Assembly: GCA_040954595.2 (NCBI GenBank)
Contig: CM082590.2
Coordinates: 9,760,088-9,824,087, forward strand
Direction: 5' to 3'
DNA length: 64,000 bases
DNA from: Balanoglossus misakiensis
Taxonomy: Eukaryota > Animalia > Hemichordata
Shown here: positions 15,201 to 26,240 of the stretch, piece after piece
How the letters are laid out: each line of letters begins with the position of its first letter
Numbering within the stretch: position 1 is the stretch's first letter
Translations under genes and position numbers: made by a program
The notes under the pieces: model-generated
What the model saw: the letters and a program-made list of their open reading frames with translations, nothing else
The model's database searches: none
What the model was told of the DNA's origin: nothing

Positions 15201-16847
15201 ATTCTCATCAAGGGGGACACCAACACAGCGCGACGACCCCTTCGCTTTAAGGTAAATGAAGGGTTAGTTAAATGCATGTATTGACCGATTTTTTTGTGAT
15301 TGTTCACTTTTGTGTTGACAGGAAGAGAAGGCTGAACTGAGGGCACAAAACTACCTCTTAGAAAAGGAGAAGAAAGCGTTGGAATTGAAACTGAACACAA
15401 GAGAGGCACAGGAACAAGCGTATCTGTTGCATATTGAACATTTGAAGTCCGAAGTCAAAGGCAAAGAAGCCAGCCATACCAGAATGAGGGGTGACATCAT
15501 CAATGAAAAGGTGAGATGACTTGTTGTCTTCTGCTTGTTGTTTGCTCATATTTTGAGGAAAAAATCACATCATAATGGGAAATGTCTTGCGTATTTTTGA
15601 ACTGCAAAGATGTCTCACACCACGACATAGCCCCAGGGTAAACTCTGCTCAAATGTAGAGGCAATTATTCACCAAAAATTGTAAAATCTGTTTGTTATAT
15701 CTGTTTAATTTCTTGTCGTCTGTCAGCAGTATATATTTCACCCTGGAGAAAAAACAGTTTGGTAGTCAGTTTTAAATATTGATAAATTTGACTCGGTATT
15801 TGACAATTTTCTGGCATGATTTCATTTAATTTTTTTGATAGGAAAATGGTATGAAGGATAAGGTGTTCTTAAACTGTGACCATTTGAGTTTGATGCGAAT
15901 ATTAAACGCTGAAATGAAGTTTGATTATTTTGTTCTACAGGATACGTCCAGCCCTGGTGCTATGAAGGCAACCCCATCAATGACGTTAGCAGAACTTAGC
16001 AACTATGAACTCGGAGACGTGGAGTCGGATGCCAACCTGCCCAGGGATTTGGCAGAGGCTCACAAACGAGAGAAACGTCTCAAACTGAGAGTGCAAGAAC
16101 TGGTGGCAACGTTGGAAAAACTGCAGAAGAATTCCGAGTTGAGACACCAGCAATCGGCGGAGTTTGTATCCGATTTGAAAAGAGCAAATAGGTACGTAGA
16201 CAGAGTTGCTTTTTCACCCTCATTTCCTTCTATACAAGTCCCAATTTTCCACGGAAAAAATGGAATTGGACCAAACTTTCTGCTGAAACATTGATGTCAG
16301 GAACATATCATTATATGTTTTGGCCTGTTTTATAATCAAAGCCAGACTGGTTTTAAAGGGAATCATCTTGTTGTATGTACGTTCATTACATGACAATGAT
16401 TATGCTCATTCACTGATTGTTTGTTTATACTTTCTTCTCTCCAGTGCATTAGTTACAGCGTATGAGAAAGCTAAGAAGAAACACCAAAGTCGACTGAAGA
16501 AATTGGAAGCTCAGATGATGGCGATGGTGGAAAGACATGAAACACAGGTATGTGGACGTGGTGTCTGGACATTAGAATTGTTGTCATTGGTTGACTCTAG
16601 TCTGGATGCTGGACCTTTGCGTCACGGAATCCCAGAATGCCTTTCTGCCAAGGGAATGAACCGTAACCCGAAAACCCTTTGTGTCACTTAACTAAAATGC
16701 AAATGTACAAAATGATTCCAACAACTAGGTCAAGTTAAGATCCATGTATGACTAAAAATCAAAATGACTGTGAAACATTTTTATAACTGTTTTGTCTAAA
16801 ACATAATCAAATATCACTGTTGGCATGAGTTGATTGTAAAATTTCTG

Positions 16848-16891
<44 letters not shown>

Positions 16892-16979
16892 GTTGAGGAT
16901 GTTGAAACAAAGGATAGCCCTTCTAGAAGAGGAGAATGCTACTTCTGCCAGGCCCCCTCACAACGAGACATCGTTATGA
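6254..16979 (+). CDS. MCC: Colorectal mutant cancer protein (MCC) orthologue, 13 coding exons, ~851 aa from this point; 5' exon(s) uncertain
   Basis: GT-AG exons with consistent phases: 6254-6367, 6548-6690, 6897-7003, 7320-7489, 12385-12624, 12984-13310, 13537-13930, 14285-14480, 14786-15020, 15322-15510, 15941-16191, 16445-16547, 16893-16979 (TGA). The peptides LHLAALASLKGEIIEL, RYEERIIELHSVIAELNKK, IEHLKSQNDLL, RLKDYIQQLKNDRAAV, LDLENAVLMQEL and the C-terminal LKQRIALLEEEN...HNETSL* match vertebrate MCC as recalled. Confidence 0.95.
6738..6843. repeat. (CT)n-rich microsatellite in an MCC intron
   Basis: Imperfect CT/CTGT run, directly visible. Confidence 0.85.
7032..7216. mobile_element. 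MITE with ~18-bp TIRs (Kolobok-like, TTAA-type flanks)
   Basis: The ends aggtatacagtcacctat and ataggtgactgtatacct are exact reverse complements, flanked by ttag and ttaa. The superfamily is inferred. Confidence 0.65.
12649..12835. mobile_element. Tc1/pogo-like MITE (TA TSD, CAGTC termini)
   Basis: ta|cagtccaacctgt ... acaagtttgactg|ta with internal gtggccac repeats. Related copies lie at ~49323-49508, and a terminus lies at ~56970-57408. Confidence 0.7.
15095..15250. repeat. Dispersed repeat family member (also ~46605-46763 and ~56038-56100)
   Basis: The shared core ggaggacatattctcatcaagggggacacc...cgacgacccctt occurs at three intronic or UTR positions. Confidence 0.75.
16850..16888. repeat. 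(CT)n microsatellite forming the polypyrimidine tract of the last MCC exon
   Basis: A pure CT run lies immediately before gcag|TTGAGGATG. Confidence 0.9.
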
Positions 16980-17498
16980 CAACCAATGATATCGCTATCA
17001 CCATAACAACTCTATTTACGTCGTCACCAAAGCATTTCTTGTTTACAGACTCAAAAGCTTTCTTGGAAAAAAAAGGTGCAAGACTGAGAAGTAAACCTCT
17101 TCCACAATTTGGATGATATATGCCTCCATAGCACTGACCTATCATAGAGTGATTTTTAGACTCTGACCTATATGTTAATAACCTTTGATCTGTGATTTGG
17201 TCCAAGATGGCCTGATGAAAATATGGTTCCTCTGGTTTTCATGTACATAAAACGCCAGTTGCTTTCTGGATGGAGAGGATTGGATTTTTGCAGCCTACAC
17301 GTGTGGATATGGAGAGGAAAATCTATCTTCATGTTTCTGCAACGGAGCAGTCTCAAGATTTTGATGGACTTTGCCAGTTCTGCTCATTGTTGTGAAGCTA
17401 GAATTTGGAAGACTTTTTTATTAAGAAATCAAACCAGAAACCAGAAAAAAACGACTTCTTTCTGGTTGGGTTGGATGGGAGAGGCAGTTAGGGGCTGT

Positions 17499-17657
17499 TG
17501 ATTGGCTGAGAAGCTAGAAGACAATTCCTGATTGGCTGAAAGACCAGAAGACAATTCTTGATTGGCTGAGAGATCAGAAGACAATTCTTGATTGGCTGAG
17601 AGACCAGAAGACAATTCTTGATTGGCTGAGAGATTGTTAGACAATTCATGATTGCCA
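17499..17657. repeat. 30-bp minisatellite (~5 copies) in the MCC 3' UTR region
   Basis: The unit ttgattggctgagagaccagaagacaattc repeats every 30 bp. Confidence 0.9.
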
Positions 17658-18335
17658 AGAGAAAATCAAATACAGACAATTCAGATTGGTGCAATCAAAT
17701 GAGTTGTCACATTATGTGATGCATTTTAATGTCAACTTTCCTATTTATTTACCAGTTTAGAGATTCCATAAGTATCGGTTTTCTTTAAAAAATATTTCTA
17801 CTTAAGAGAAATGAGCTTTTCAATACTGCTGTCTGTAATTGTTAGTATTTCGGTGCTTCCAAGTGTTGAAATCAGTTTGCTGGGCATAACTTTTCTGATA
17901 ATGAACAGCATCACCTAGTGTTGGAATGGACTGCCAACCAATTTTTGTAGATAAAAATTCTGTGTATGTAAAGCATGAAAAAGCATTGATTTTTTTTTTC
18001 GGGGAGGGGGAATTTTAAAATATGCAATCATTAAAAAAAAACTATGTATGCAACTTTAATCATGCATCATGTTTTGTGTACGGACTTCATTTAATGCTTT
18101 TTACAGTGTAAATTATTTGTTACAGAGATGAAAATAAAATAAAAGTTATCCATACAACGGGTATATCTCTTATGCCTTTCATTCCAGCAAGGCAATGGGG
18201 TGACAAATACCGTTACAATAAAATGCAATTCATTGTTCTGATCATAGTTAACGATATCCCCAAAAATTACCCACAGCGCCAAGGCTATGTCAAGATGACC
18301 TGTGATTTAATTTCTATGAATCAAAATATAACTTG

Positions 18336-19072
18336 AAATAAAATTTAGCATTAGATATTGTCCGCTTCACATCATAATAATTTTTATCACCGCCATTTCA
18401 TTTTCATCACAATTATCATTATGTAGTCGTCATCACTATTCTCATCATCTCTGTCATCATCTCCATGGTTACCATCATCCTCAAAATCGACTATATTCTA
18501 ACCAGAAAAAAATATTCTAAATCTTAGAAAACAAAATTGTTACTGCTAAACCAGTACACACCACTAAATTTCAGTAATATTTCCTGTACCCCCCCCCCCC
18601 CCGTAGACTACTGGAAAACCCTTAAATCCAACCTCTTCACTTTCTTGGCCGAAAAGGCCTTGTAGCAGGTCAAATACTGATAAAAACAAAAGAATTGAAA
18701 GATTGCTATCTGAGACTTTTAAACTGAAAAATCGGCCTCAAAACCTACTTTTTGCTTACATGTTATACTTTGCCTGGGTTCGGACAAGCAATCTGAACAC
18801 TTTAGCATAAAATCCGGTTTTATTTGGTGGAAAACTAAGTGAAATATTGAGAAAAACCGCCAAAATTACCCCCGAAGTCATCATGCCGTCGGCAAGATTT
18901 GCATGTATTTGCATGTATTTGCATATGCAGATATCAAGGCGAGTACTGCAAAAAAGGGAAGGGGGTGAACAAAGTAATTTTGATGGCGGCTAAAAGAGGG
19001 CGCTCGTCGCGACCTTTAACCTCGTATACTGTTTATACATGTGGTACTTTCCAGAAAGTATGGCCGTATCGC
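18336..19072 (+). repeat. Solo copy of the 3' ~730 bp of the macrosatellite spacer
   Basis: Near-identical to 26502-27233, from aaataaaatttagcattag through atttgcatgtatttgcat and cgcgacctttaacctcgtatactg to tggccgt. Confidence 0.92.
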
Positions 19073-20114
19073 CCGAAAATTGCCTCAAACCTTCGCCAAA
19101 TCCGGTCAACAAGCGCCCGTGATGTCAATATAGGATGCCTAATCCATACCCTTTCAAGTAGCAGACTGAATTCACAGGAAAAATAAGGTGAGGTTCTATT
19201 TTTTCATCATTTATAGCTAGATGTTTATGTATATGATCATGCTGCACTGGCGCTATATAGGGCATCCAACAACAGCATACTAGAAGTAGTAGTCGGTATA
19301 AAAACACACAGCCCGGCCCTGCCGAGCAGAGATAAGGTTTAACGTAGCCGTCCATCCCCACAGGGTTCGCAGGGGCTTGTCCGGTTATGCCCAAAGGGCC
19401 CTTAAATCAACCACTCGAGGCCCTACACGGATGTAACTGTAGTCACTCTAGAGTCTAGGGCTTCCTGTGGTTACGCTCCCTTCACTCTGACAACTCCGTC
19501 GTGTTTTCAAATCCCCGACCCTAATTCCTAGTCAAAACATCTGTTTCCCCACTCATCGCGTCGATAGGGTCGGTAGGCGTTTATAACGCAACTAGTTTTC
19601 AGTAAAAAAAGTTACCTGTTCAGTAATGACATTGCAATGTACATAACTAAATTCAATTTCACATACAATTGTCATGTTGCTCTGTATGTAACGGCTGGAT
19701 TTTCGTTGAAAATATCCATAGATGTGGTCTGGGTTACATATTTCTTAGAAATAATTTTTGTAGGAAAAGATAACGTGTAATGCACTGTTCTGAAAATATA
19801 TAATCAGCCATTAGGGTTTATTTGCATCCAAGTGGTTATCAGTTGATTAATCTTTATATCAACTATAGCAACAGATTCTCTTGAAGTGTAACACATTATT
19901 AATGCTGGAAATACTTTCAGACTAATTTTACAACAAACTGAATCCCATCAACATCTTTTTTCCATGCTTAGCTTAATTTAGCAGTGAATTTCATGGAAAT
20001 ACAGCATTACAATTACACGTCTGTTTACTCCTTTTGGATACAGCAGGTGGTCAAATTTCAACGATCTTAATGCGTTCAGTTGGTAGCCTAAACAATGAAA
20101 AATGTCCCAAAATG

Positions 20115-20190
20115 ATAAATTTGCTGAAGTTCACAAAGTCGGGAATTTGTAATTTTTTGACAATTTTCATGAGCTATAACTCATGAAAAA
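20115..20190 (+). repeat. Single degenerate monomer of the 87/88-bp satellite
   Basis: ttcacaaagtcgg...ttttttgacaattttcatgagctataactcatg matches the satellite core ttttcatgagctataacccatg and its terminal variant ttcacaaagtcg. Confidence 0.75.
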
Positions 20191-20302
20191 GTCCAAAAAT
20201 GTTGGCCCAGAGCTACTTTAGATTATTCATTTATTGCCAAAAATAACTGTTCATTTACTCATTAAATTGGGGGCGGGGTCTTATAAAAATTATCTTACAT
20301 TA

Positions 20303-20928
20303 TATTATACAAGTATATTGATGGTGTAAATCACGCTATTTGATTGGTCGAGACACGACACGTGACCGTGATATATTAGCCATATACCACAGTCATATAT
20401 CATAGTCAAAGAAAATGCCTTTTTAAAATGTTTTATGCAAAGTTTCAATATACTGGCATAATATAATAGCAATAAAACACCCCAGCCATGTTATACCACT
20501 CGATTTTGACCAGTTCAACTCCATACACGCACTCGCTATCGCTCGTGCGTATATGTCGTGAACTGGTCAAAATCTCGTGGTATACCATGGCTGGGGGTGC
20601 TTTATTGCTTAATTATATTATACCAGTATATTGATGGTGTAAATCACGCTATTTGATTGGTCGAGACACGACACGTGACCGTGATATATTAGCCATATAC
20701 CACAGTCATATATCATAGTTAAAGAAAATGCCTTTTTAAAATGTTTTATGCAAAGTTTCAATATACTGGCATAATATAATAGCAATAAAACACCCCCAGC
20801 CATGGTATACCACTCGATTTTGACCAGTTCAACTCCATATACGCACTCGCTATCGCTCGTGCGTATATGTCGTGAACTGGTCAAAATCTCGTGATATACC
20901 ATGGCTGGGGGTGTTTTATTGCTTAATT
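20303..20928. repeat. Tandem dimer of a ~313-bp element with a long internal hairpin
   Basis: Two near-identical units start at ~20303 and ~20616. Each contains taccactcgattttgaccagttca...cgcactcgctatcgctcgtgcg...tgaactggtcaaaatctcgtg, framed by gcaataaaacacccagccatg / catggctgggggtg(c/t)tttattgc. Confidence 0.88.
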
Positions 20929-21204
20929 ATGACTTTCAAAATGGCCGCCAACTTTGAGGTTCAAAATGGCCGCGTACATCTGTGCTAAGTCTATGGCATT
21001 CAAAATGGCCGCCACATTTAGTGACTTCCTTGTGTGTCCAGTACACATTATCCAAATATGGGAGACAGTTGTTTAAAAATATGGGAGACACATTTAAACC
21101 AGTGATATTTTCAAGTAATGATTTTTAAACCCCCATAATATGTAACAGGTTTGACCTGAGTGCAAGCGCAGCAAGCTATCGTGTATATATTCACATTGTT
21201 GTCA

Positions 21205-22055
21205 ATGAATGGGGAGGGTGTGGGAAGAAAATTTTGTAAAAATATTTAGTGCAAAGTTGCATTTTAATGAACTCAAAAGCAAATTAACTCAATGTTAGGG
21301 AGGACAAATTTTAATTTTGCCACTCCACTCAAAGTAAGCATTGGAGTGGCAAGAAGTCTGCCCTGGTACACTAGACAAACCAGTGAATAAATGCAATGTG
21401 GTGAAGAATGGAGGGGGTGGGTGTGGGAAGAAAATTTTGTAAAAATATGTAACGCAAAGTTGCATTTTAATGAACTCAAAAGCAAATTATCTCAATGTTA
21501 GGGAGGACAAATTTTAATTTTGCCACTCCACTCAAAGTAAGCATCAGGGTTGGGTGGGAAGAAAGAAGTCTGCCCTGGTACACTAGACAAACCAGTGAAT
21601 AAATGCAATGTGGCGAAGAATTGAGGGGGTGGGTGTGGGAAGAAAATAAGAAAATTTTGTAAAAATATGTAGCGCAAAGTTGCATTTTAATGAACTAAAA
21701 AGCAAATTATCTCAATGTTTGGGAGGACCAATTACTTTTTGCCACTCCACTCAAAGTTAGAAGATTTGGCATCATCTTCGTCATGACATCATTTATAAAA
21801 CTTCTAGGGTATTGAAGATGCAGCGCAAAACTATCAGTTATGCAAAATGGTTTAAACGATTATTCTCCTTTATGTATTTACTTTGTTAAATATTGTCATC
21901 GTTTAAGTTGGGTTGGCAAGCACTCTGCCCTGGTACACTAGACAAACCAGCAAAAAATGAAATGTGGCGGAGAATGAAGGGGGTGGGTGTGAAAATTTTG
22001 TAAAATAAAGGGCGCAAAACTGCAATTTTGTCACAATGTGGACTCAAAAGCAAAA
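21205..22055. repeat. Degenerate tandem repeat, ~200-bp unit, ~4 copies
   Basis: gggtgtgggaagaaaattttgtaaaaatat...gcaaagttgcattttaatgaactcaaaagc and ccctggtacactagacaaaccag recur through the interval. Confidence 0.8.
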
Positions 22056-22811
22056 GTTTGATGGCAAAAGTATGTGACCCCCCCCCCCCTAAACGTTAAA
22101 AAAACCAGATGACCCCCCCCCCCCCTTTTTGGACTTCAAAATTTAAGTGACCACCCCCCCTGAACTGAACGGTCCCTTACCTGACTCTATGCTTGTTGAA
22201 ACAGGTTAAAAATCTGGTAGTGGATATACAATGTACTTGTTATCTGTCCACCAAGTCCAATTTTCATGGACAATTTACATAGTAAGAGAGTAGAGACATA
22301 GAATTTTTAAGAATAATTTTAATGTCAGCTTCATATTTCCATTTTACAGGAAAAACTGTTTTTAGTAGTTTCATAATTTTATTGGTATTTTAAAAATGTT
22401 TGTTTGTTTACTTTTTTATTTTTTTAAATATTTGTTGATTGTAATGCTGTATGGCGTTACCAGTCATTTCAGTTTTTCAGTTCTTTTACTATTTTTATTA
22501 GTAGTATTTTGCTGTTTTTTCTTAGATGTTTCTTTTTTTTTCTTTACAGTGTACGAGTTTGGCCTTCTGCAGTTTCAAGCGCAGTGAAGAATTTCATTTC
22601 TGTCAAGCTCCACAGCTTTTTGCCAGCAAAACCGTTTCAGAACCTCCCAGACTCTGCTTTTGAGAATGGTCAGTTATGTTATGATTATCAATTTTTGAAA
22701 TGTGTTCAGCGAGATCAAGCAATGTGAAATAAAGAGATTTTTTCACTAAAATAGTCTGTACTTTGTTGCGTGATGATTTAAAGTCAATACCATCTGGTAT
22801 TGACACCACTT

Positions 22812-23312
22812 TAATTCATCACGCAACAAAGTATGGACACTTTTTGTGAAATATTCTCTTTATTACACATTGATTGATCTCAATTATTAATAGATATAAC
22901 ACTGAATGTTGTACATGTGACCAGTCGTCTGCTTTTAAGGATCAAAATTGATTTCCATTAAATACTTAACTCTTACGCCAAGCAGAGTCTGGGAAAAGTA
23001 CTATATTGAAACATCTTCTGAAATGGTTTTGTAAATACAAGTTTCAGATTTTATAGAACCAATTACTCACAAAAATCTGAAACTTGTATTTACAAAACCA
23101 TTTCAGAAACTGTTTCAATATAGTACTTTTCCCAGACTCTGCTTGGCGTAAGAGTTAAGTATTTAATGGAAATCAATTTTGATCCTTAAAAGCAGACTAC
23201 TGGTCACATGTACAACATTCAGTGTTATATCTATTAATAATTGAGATCAATCAATGTGTAATAAAGAGAATATTTCACAAAAAGTGTCCATACTTTGTTG
23301 CGTGATGAATTA
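22812..23312. repeat. Near-perfect fold-back palindrome, ~240-bp arms, ~19-nt loop
   Basis: 22812-23052 (taattcatcacgcaac...gtttcagatttt) is the reverse complement of ~23072-23312, with only a few mismatches. Confidence 0.92.
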
Positions 23313-23525
23313 CCTCTAGTACTATACTATAGAGAATTGTTTAAAAAAAATTAAAAATTTTTTTTTTAATAAAAACCCCCCGCACTCGTCTCGCGGTCGG
23401 ACGCCACTGGCAAGCCAGTGACGAGGCTAGTGATCTGTATCCAGGGACACAGTCAGCAATTGGATTGCTACTAGCCTAAGGGGTGCCCGACCGCGAGCCT
23501 AATGCGCTCCTGAGGGCATGGAATT

Positions 23526-23610
23526 GACACACAGCGGGATTAGAACCCGCGCTTACACTAGCTGTCCGTTCAGCCCATGTGTATACCAGCAGAACACTGA
23601 TCTATGTGTC
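23526..23610 (-). other. tRNA-like cloverleaf unit (not a canonical tRNA)
   Basis: On the minus strand: acceptor-like stem GACACAT/GTGTGTC, D-like arm GTGT-tctgctggtat-ACAC, and T arm GCGGG-TTCTAAT-CCCGC with a B-box-like GGTTCTAATCC. The anticodon arm is non-canonical, with a 6-nt loop. Confidence 0.5.
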
Positions 23611-23692
23611 TCCTCACGAAATACTATGTGATATTAGTGGTACATAAAGATACAGTCAACAGTTTGTTTGAAAATTGAAGCTAAAAAACGAT

Positions 23693-23766
23693 GTACCCAC
23701 TCCGGGGTTTGAACTCAGGACCTGCCAGTTGGCAGTCCATACCTCTAACCACTAGGCCACGAGCTT
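23693..23766 (-). pseudogene. tRNA-derived Pol III-type unit (Gly-GCC-like loop), SINE-like or pseudo-tRNA
   Basis: On the minus strand: A box TGGCCTAGTGG, loop CTGCCAA and B box GAGTTCAAACC, followed by a TTTTTT run. The anticodon and acceptor stems pair poorly. Confidence 0.6.
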
Positions 23767-24134
23767 GGTTATGTTATAGAATTAAAATCTAACATATAAC
23801 TATGACATCTTAACTTGTTTTAAAAAAATGCTCGATCTCATTATAGCAAGTTTTTTTAACTTACTATAATGAGACCGAGCATTATTTTCAATCAATGAAT
23901 TTAATAGGAACATTCATAGTTTTTACAATCGAAAGCACATATTTCTTGGCTTTCAAAGACGTGGTATGGGAAAAGCCAAAGCCCATTGACAATGCACTCT
24001 GGAGAGTCGACTGCTGACCGCATCCAAGGCTATAACTAGCACTGTACTACTCTTTGGAAAAAGATAAAAAACGATTGTGTCATTGTCTAAACACTCTGTA
24101 TATTTTACAATTGTAAATTATCAATCTGCATCAC

Positions 24135-25060
24135 AATCAATCAATCAATCAAAAACATTTCTATGGCGCCAATATCCAGAGAACTGTTCAGTGGCGCCCG
24201 ATGGTTGTTCACACACTGTAGGCTGTTTTAAACAAGTCAGTCTTCAGTTTCCCCTTAAAAGAGTATAGACTGGTAGCTAGACGAATGTCATCAGGTAGTG
24301 AGTTCCAGAGCTTTGGAGCAGCATAGGAAAATGCACGTCCTCCATAGTTGACTTGTTTGTAGTGTGTTATTGTCCGAAGGTTCTTTTCCCGAGTCCTTAA
24401 GCTGCGTGAAGGGGTATATCGATTAACCATGTCAGAAATGTACTCCGGGGTAAGGCCATGAATGGCCTTACATGTAAGAAGCAATATCTTGTAATCAATC
24501 CTGGCACAAACTGGTAGCCAATGCAGAGAGATGAGAGCGGGAGTGACATGTTCAAACTTCTTCGACCGGGTGATGATTCTTGCTGCTGTATTTTGCGAGC
24601 GCTGAAGTAGATTAATTGCAGATTGAGGAAGACCAAACAGTAACGAATTGCAGTAATCAAGCTTGGTTGAAAGAACTGCATGAATTAAAGTACAACAATC
24701 CTTGGAAGACAGGTACTGACGTATTGATCCGATGCGTCGAAGATGAAAATAGATGGACTTGCAGGTATTCTTGATGTGCTGGTTATACATATGGATACTA
24801 CCGAAGACAACTCCCAGATTACGTGCTGTTGTTACTGGAGTGATAGATGTAGAGCCGATATTGATGGATGGAATAGGATCAGGAAGACGACTAAATTTTG
24901 AGCGAAGAACAAGGACTTCGGTTTTGTTGTCATTTAGTTGTACCTTCAGCGTCATCCATTCCTTTATGTCACGGATACAGATCTCCAGAGCTTGAACGGC
25001 AGAGGTTGAATCTTGACGGGAAAAGGCGAGGTATAGCTGGTTATCATCGGCCTACTGATG
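24135..25060 (-). mobile_element. 5'-truncated L2/CR1-group non-LTR retrotransposon (RT C-terminal part), inactive
   Basis: ORF 24209-24955 carries LNDNKTEVL, ARNLGVVF, KLDYCNSLL, LHWLPV..RIDYK and RAFSYAAPKLWNSLP, typical of the L2-group ORF2 3' end. Upstream, the YADD motif reads *ADDNQLY (TAG at ~25052). A (TTGA)n tail lies at ~24135-24152. Confidence 0.92.
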
Positions 25061-26240
25061 AAATAAAAATGGTGTGAAGGTTAGAACAGCATGTAATTCT
25101 CAAAACCACTTTTATGGCATACTTGTTATCAAAAATCTAAGAATGTATGTTTCAAAATACCATAACTATTTCTCAATTTGTATCATTGTCTCTTTGTATC
25201 AGAGAGTTGCAGATGAAGTCACCAGCTGCTGTGATTGAGAAGATGGAAATGATGTAAACAACCATGATGGTGGTAGTGGTGGACATTTGATGATGGGATT
25301 TTTTTCAAAACATGAAATGCAAATAACAGTTGTCGTTTTTTTGTTTTCATTGAATTCAAGTAACAATGTACCTTTGATGATGTCAATATTTCAATAAACA
25401 ATCATTCTGTATCATTATTTCATTATTCTTTTCAATAGCAGTCACTTATTAAGAAAATGTAGCATCATTGTCAATAAATATATTTATAGTTGGGCTTTAC
25501 TAATCAATTTAAAACTAAGGAAACATTTCCCCCCAAAGTTAAGCATTCTGTCACTCAACAAATACAAAATTGATATTTAACCACATCAATGGCATATCAT
25601 TAAAAAAATCCTTCGAACGATGCAATGCAAAACCTGTTGAAACCTACACCATTGTTAAGAAACCATCAACCAAATTTTACAGCTGATGTAGATTTCAATT
25701 GAAATATACATTGCATTCATGAATGGTACATTCAACATTGGTGTGTTAAGACATGGGCAGGTAGTTTGAGGTCAGATTCGCTGAAGTAGCACACGACAGA
25801 ACCAGATCAGAGTCTGACAGATAGACCATGGACAGACTGAGATAAATTGTAAACATAAGCAGATAATAAACAATCATTTCATACCAGTATCTTATTTCAT
25901 TACTAGTCTTTTCAATAACAGTCACTAAAAGGAAAAGTCATGATGTGGCACCAAATATTTTACAGCTGATGTAGATTTCAATTGAAATATACATTGTACA
26001 CATTTGTGTGTTAAGACATGGGCAGGTAGTTTGAGGTCAGATTCGCTGATGTAGCTCACAACAGAAACAGATCAGACTCAGATAATTGTAAACATAAGCA
26101 ACAGTTATTGGCCGTAATTCTATCGATAACACATACAGTTTCGACAAACTGACGAGCGACTCGTCTGTCCTGCAGAGGTGACGTACAGAGGTAGACATGC
26201 ACAATGTATGAAGTAAACACGTGTAATTTGTATACAAGCT

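Noticed and set aside
19300-19600. RNase MRP or RNase P RNA on the minus strand (ends GGGCTGT...TTTTT)
   Set aside because: The conserved GAAAGTCCCC / GGAANNTC P4 motifs were not found.
23381-23507. Hammerhead ribozyme
   Set aside because: There is no CTGANGA...GAAA core on either strand.
23693-23766. Functional tRNA-Gly(GCC) gene; likewise a tRNA at 38188-38258
   Set aside because: A and B boxes are present, but the acceptor and anticodon stems do not pair properly. Both are kept as tRNA-derived units.
23836-23874. loxP-like recombination site (aacttactataatg resembles a loxP arm)
   Set aside because: The similarity is short, the arm geometry differs from loxP, and no recombinase gene is present in the window. 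It is kept only as a generic palindromic site.
24209-24955. Active reverse transcriptase gene
   Set aside because: The element is 5'-truncated and the YADD tyrosine codon is a stop.
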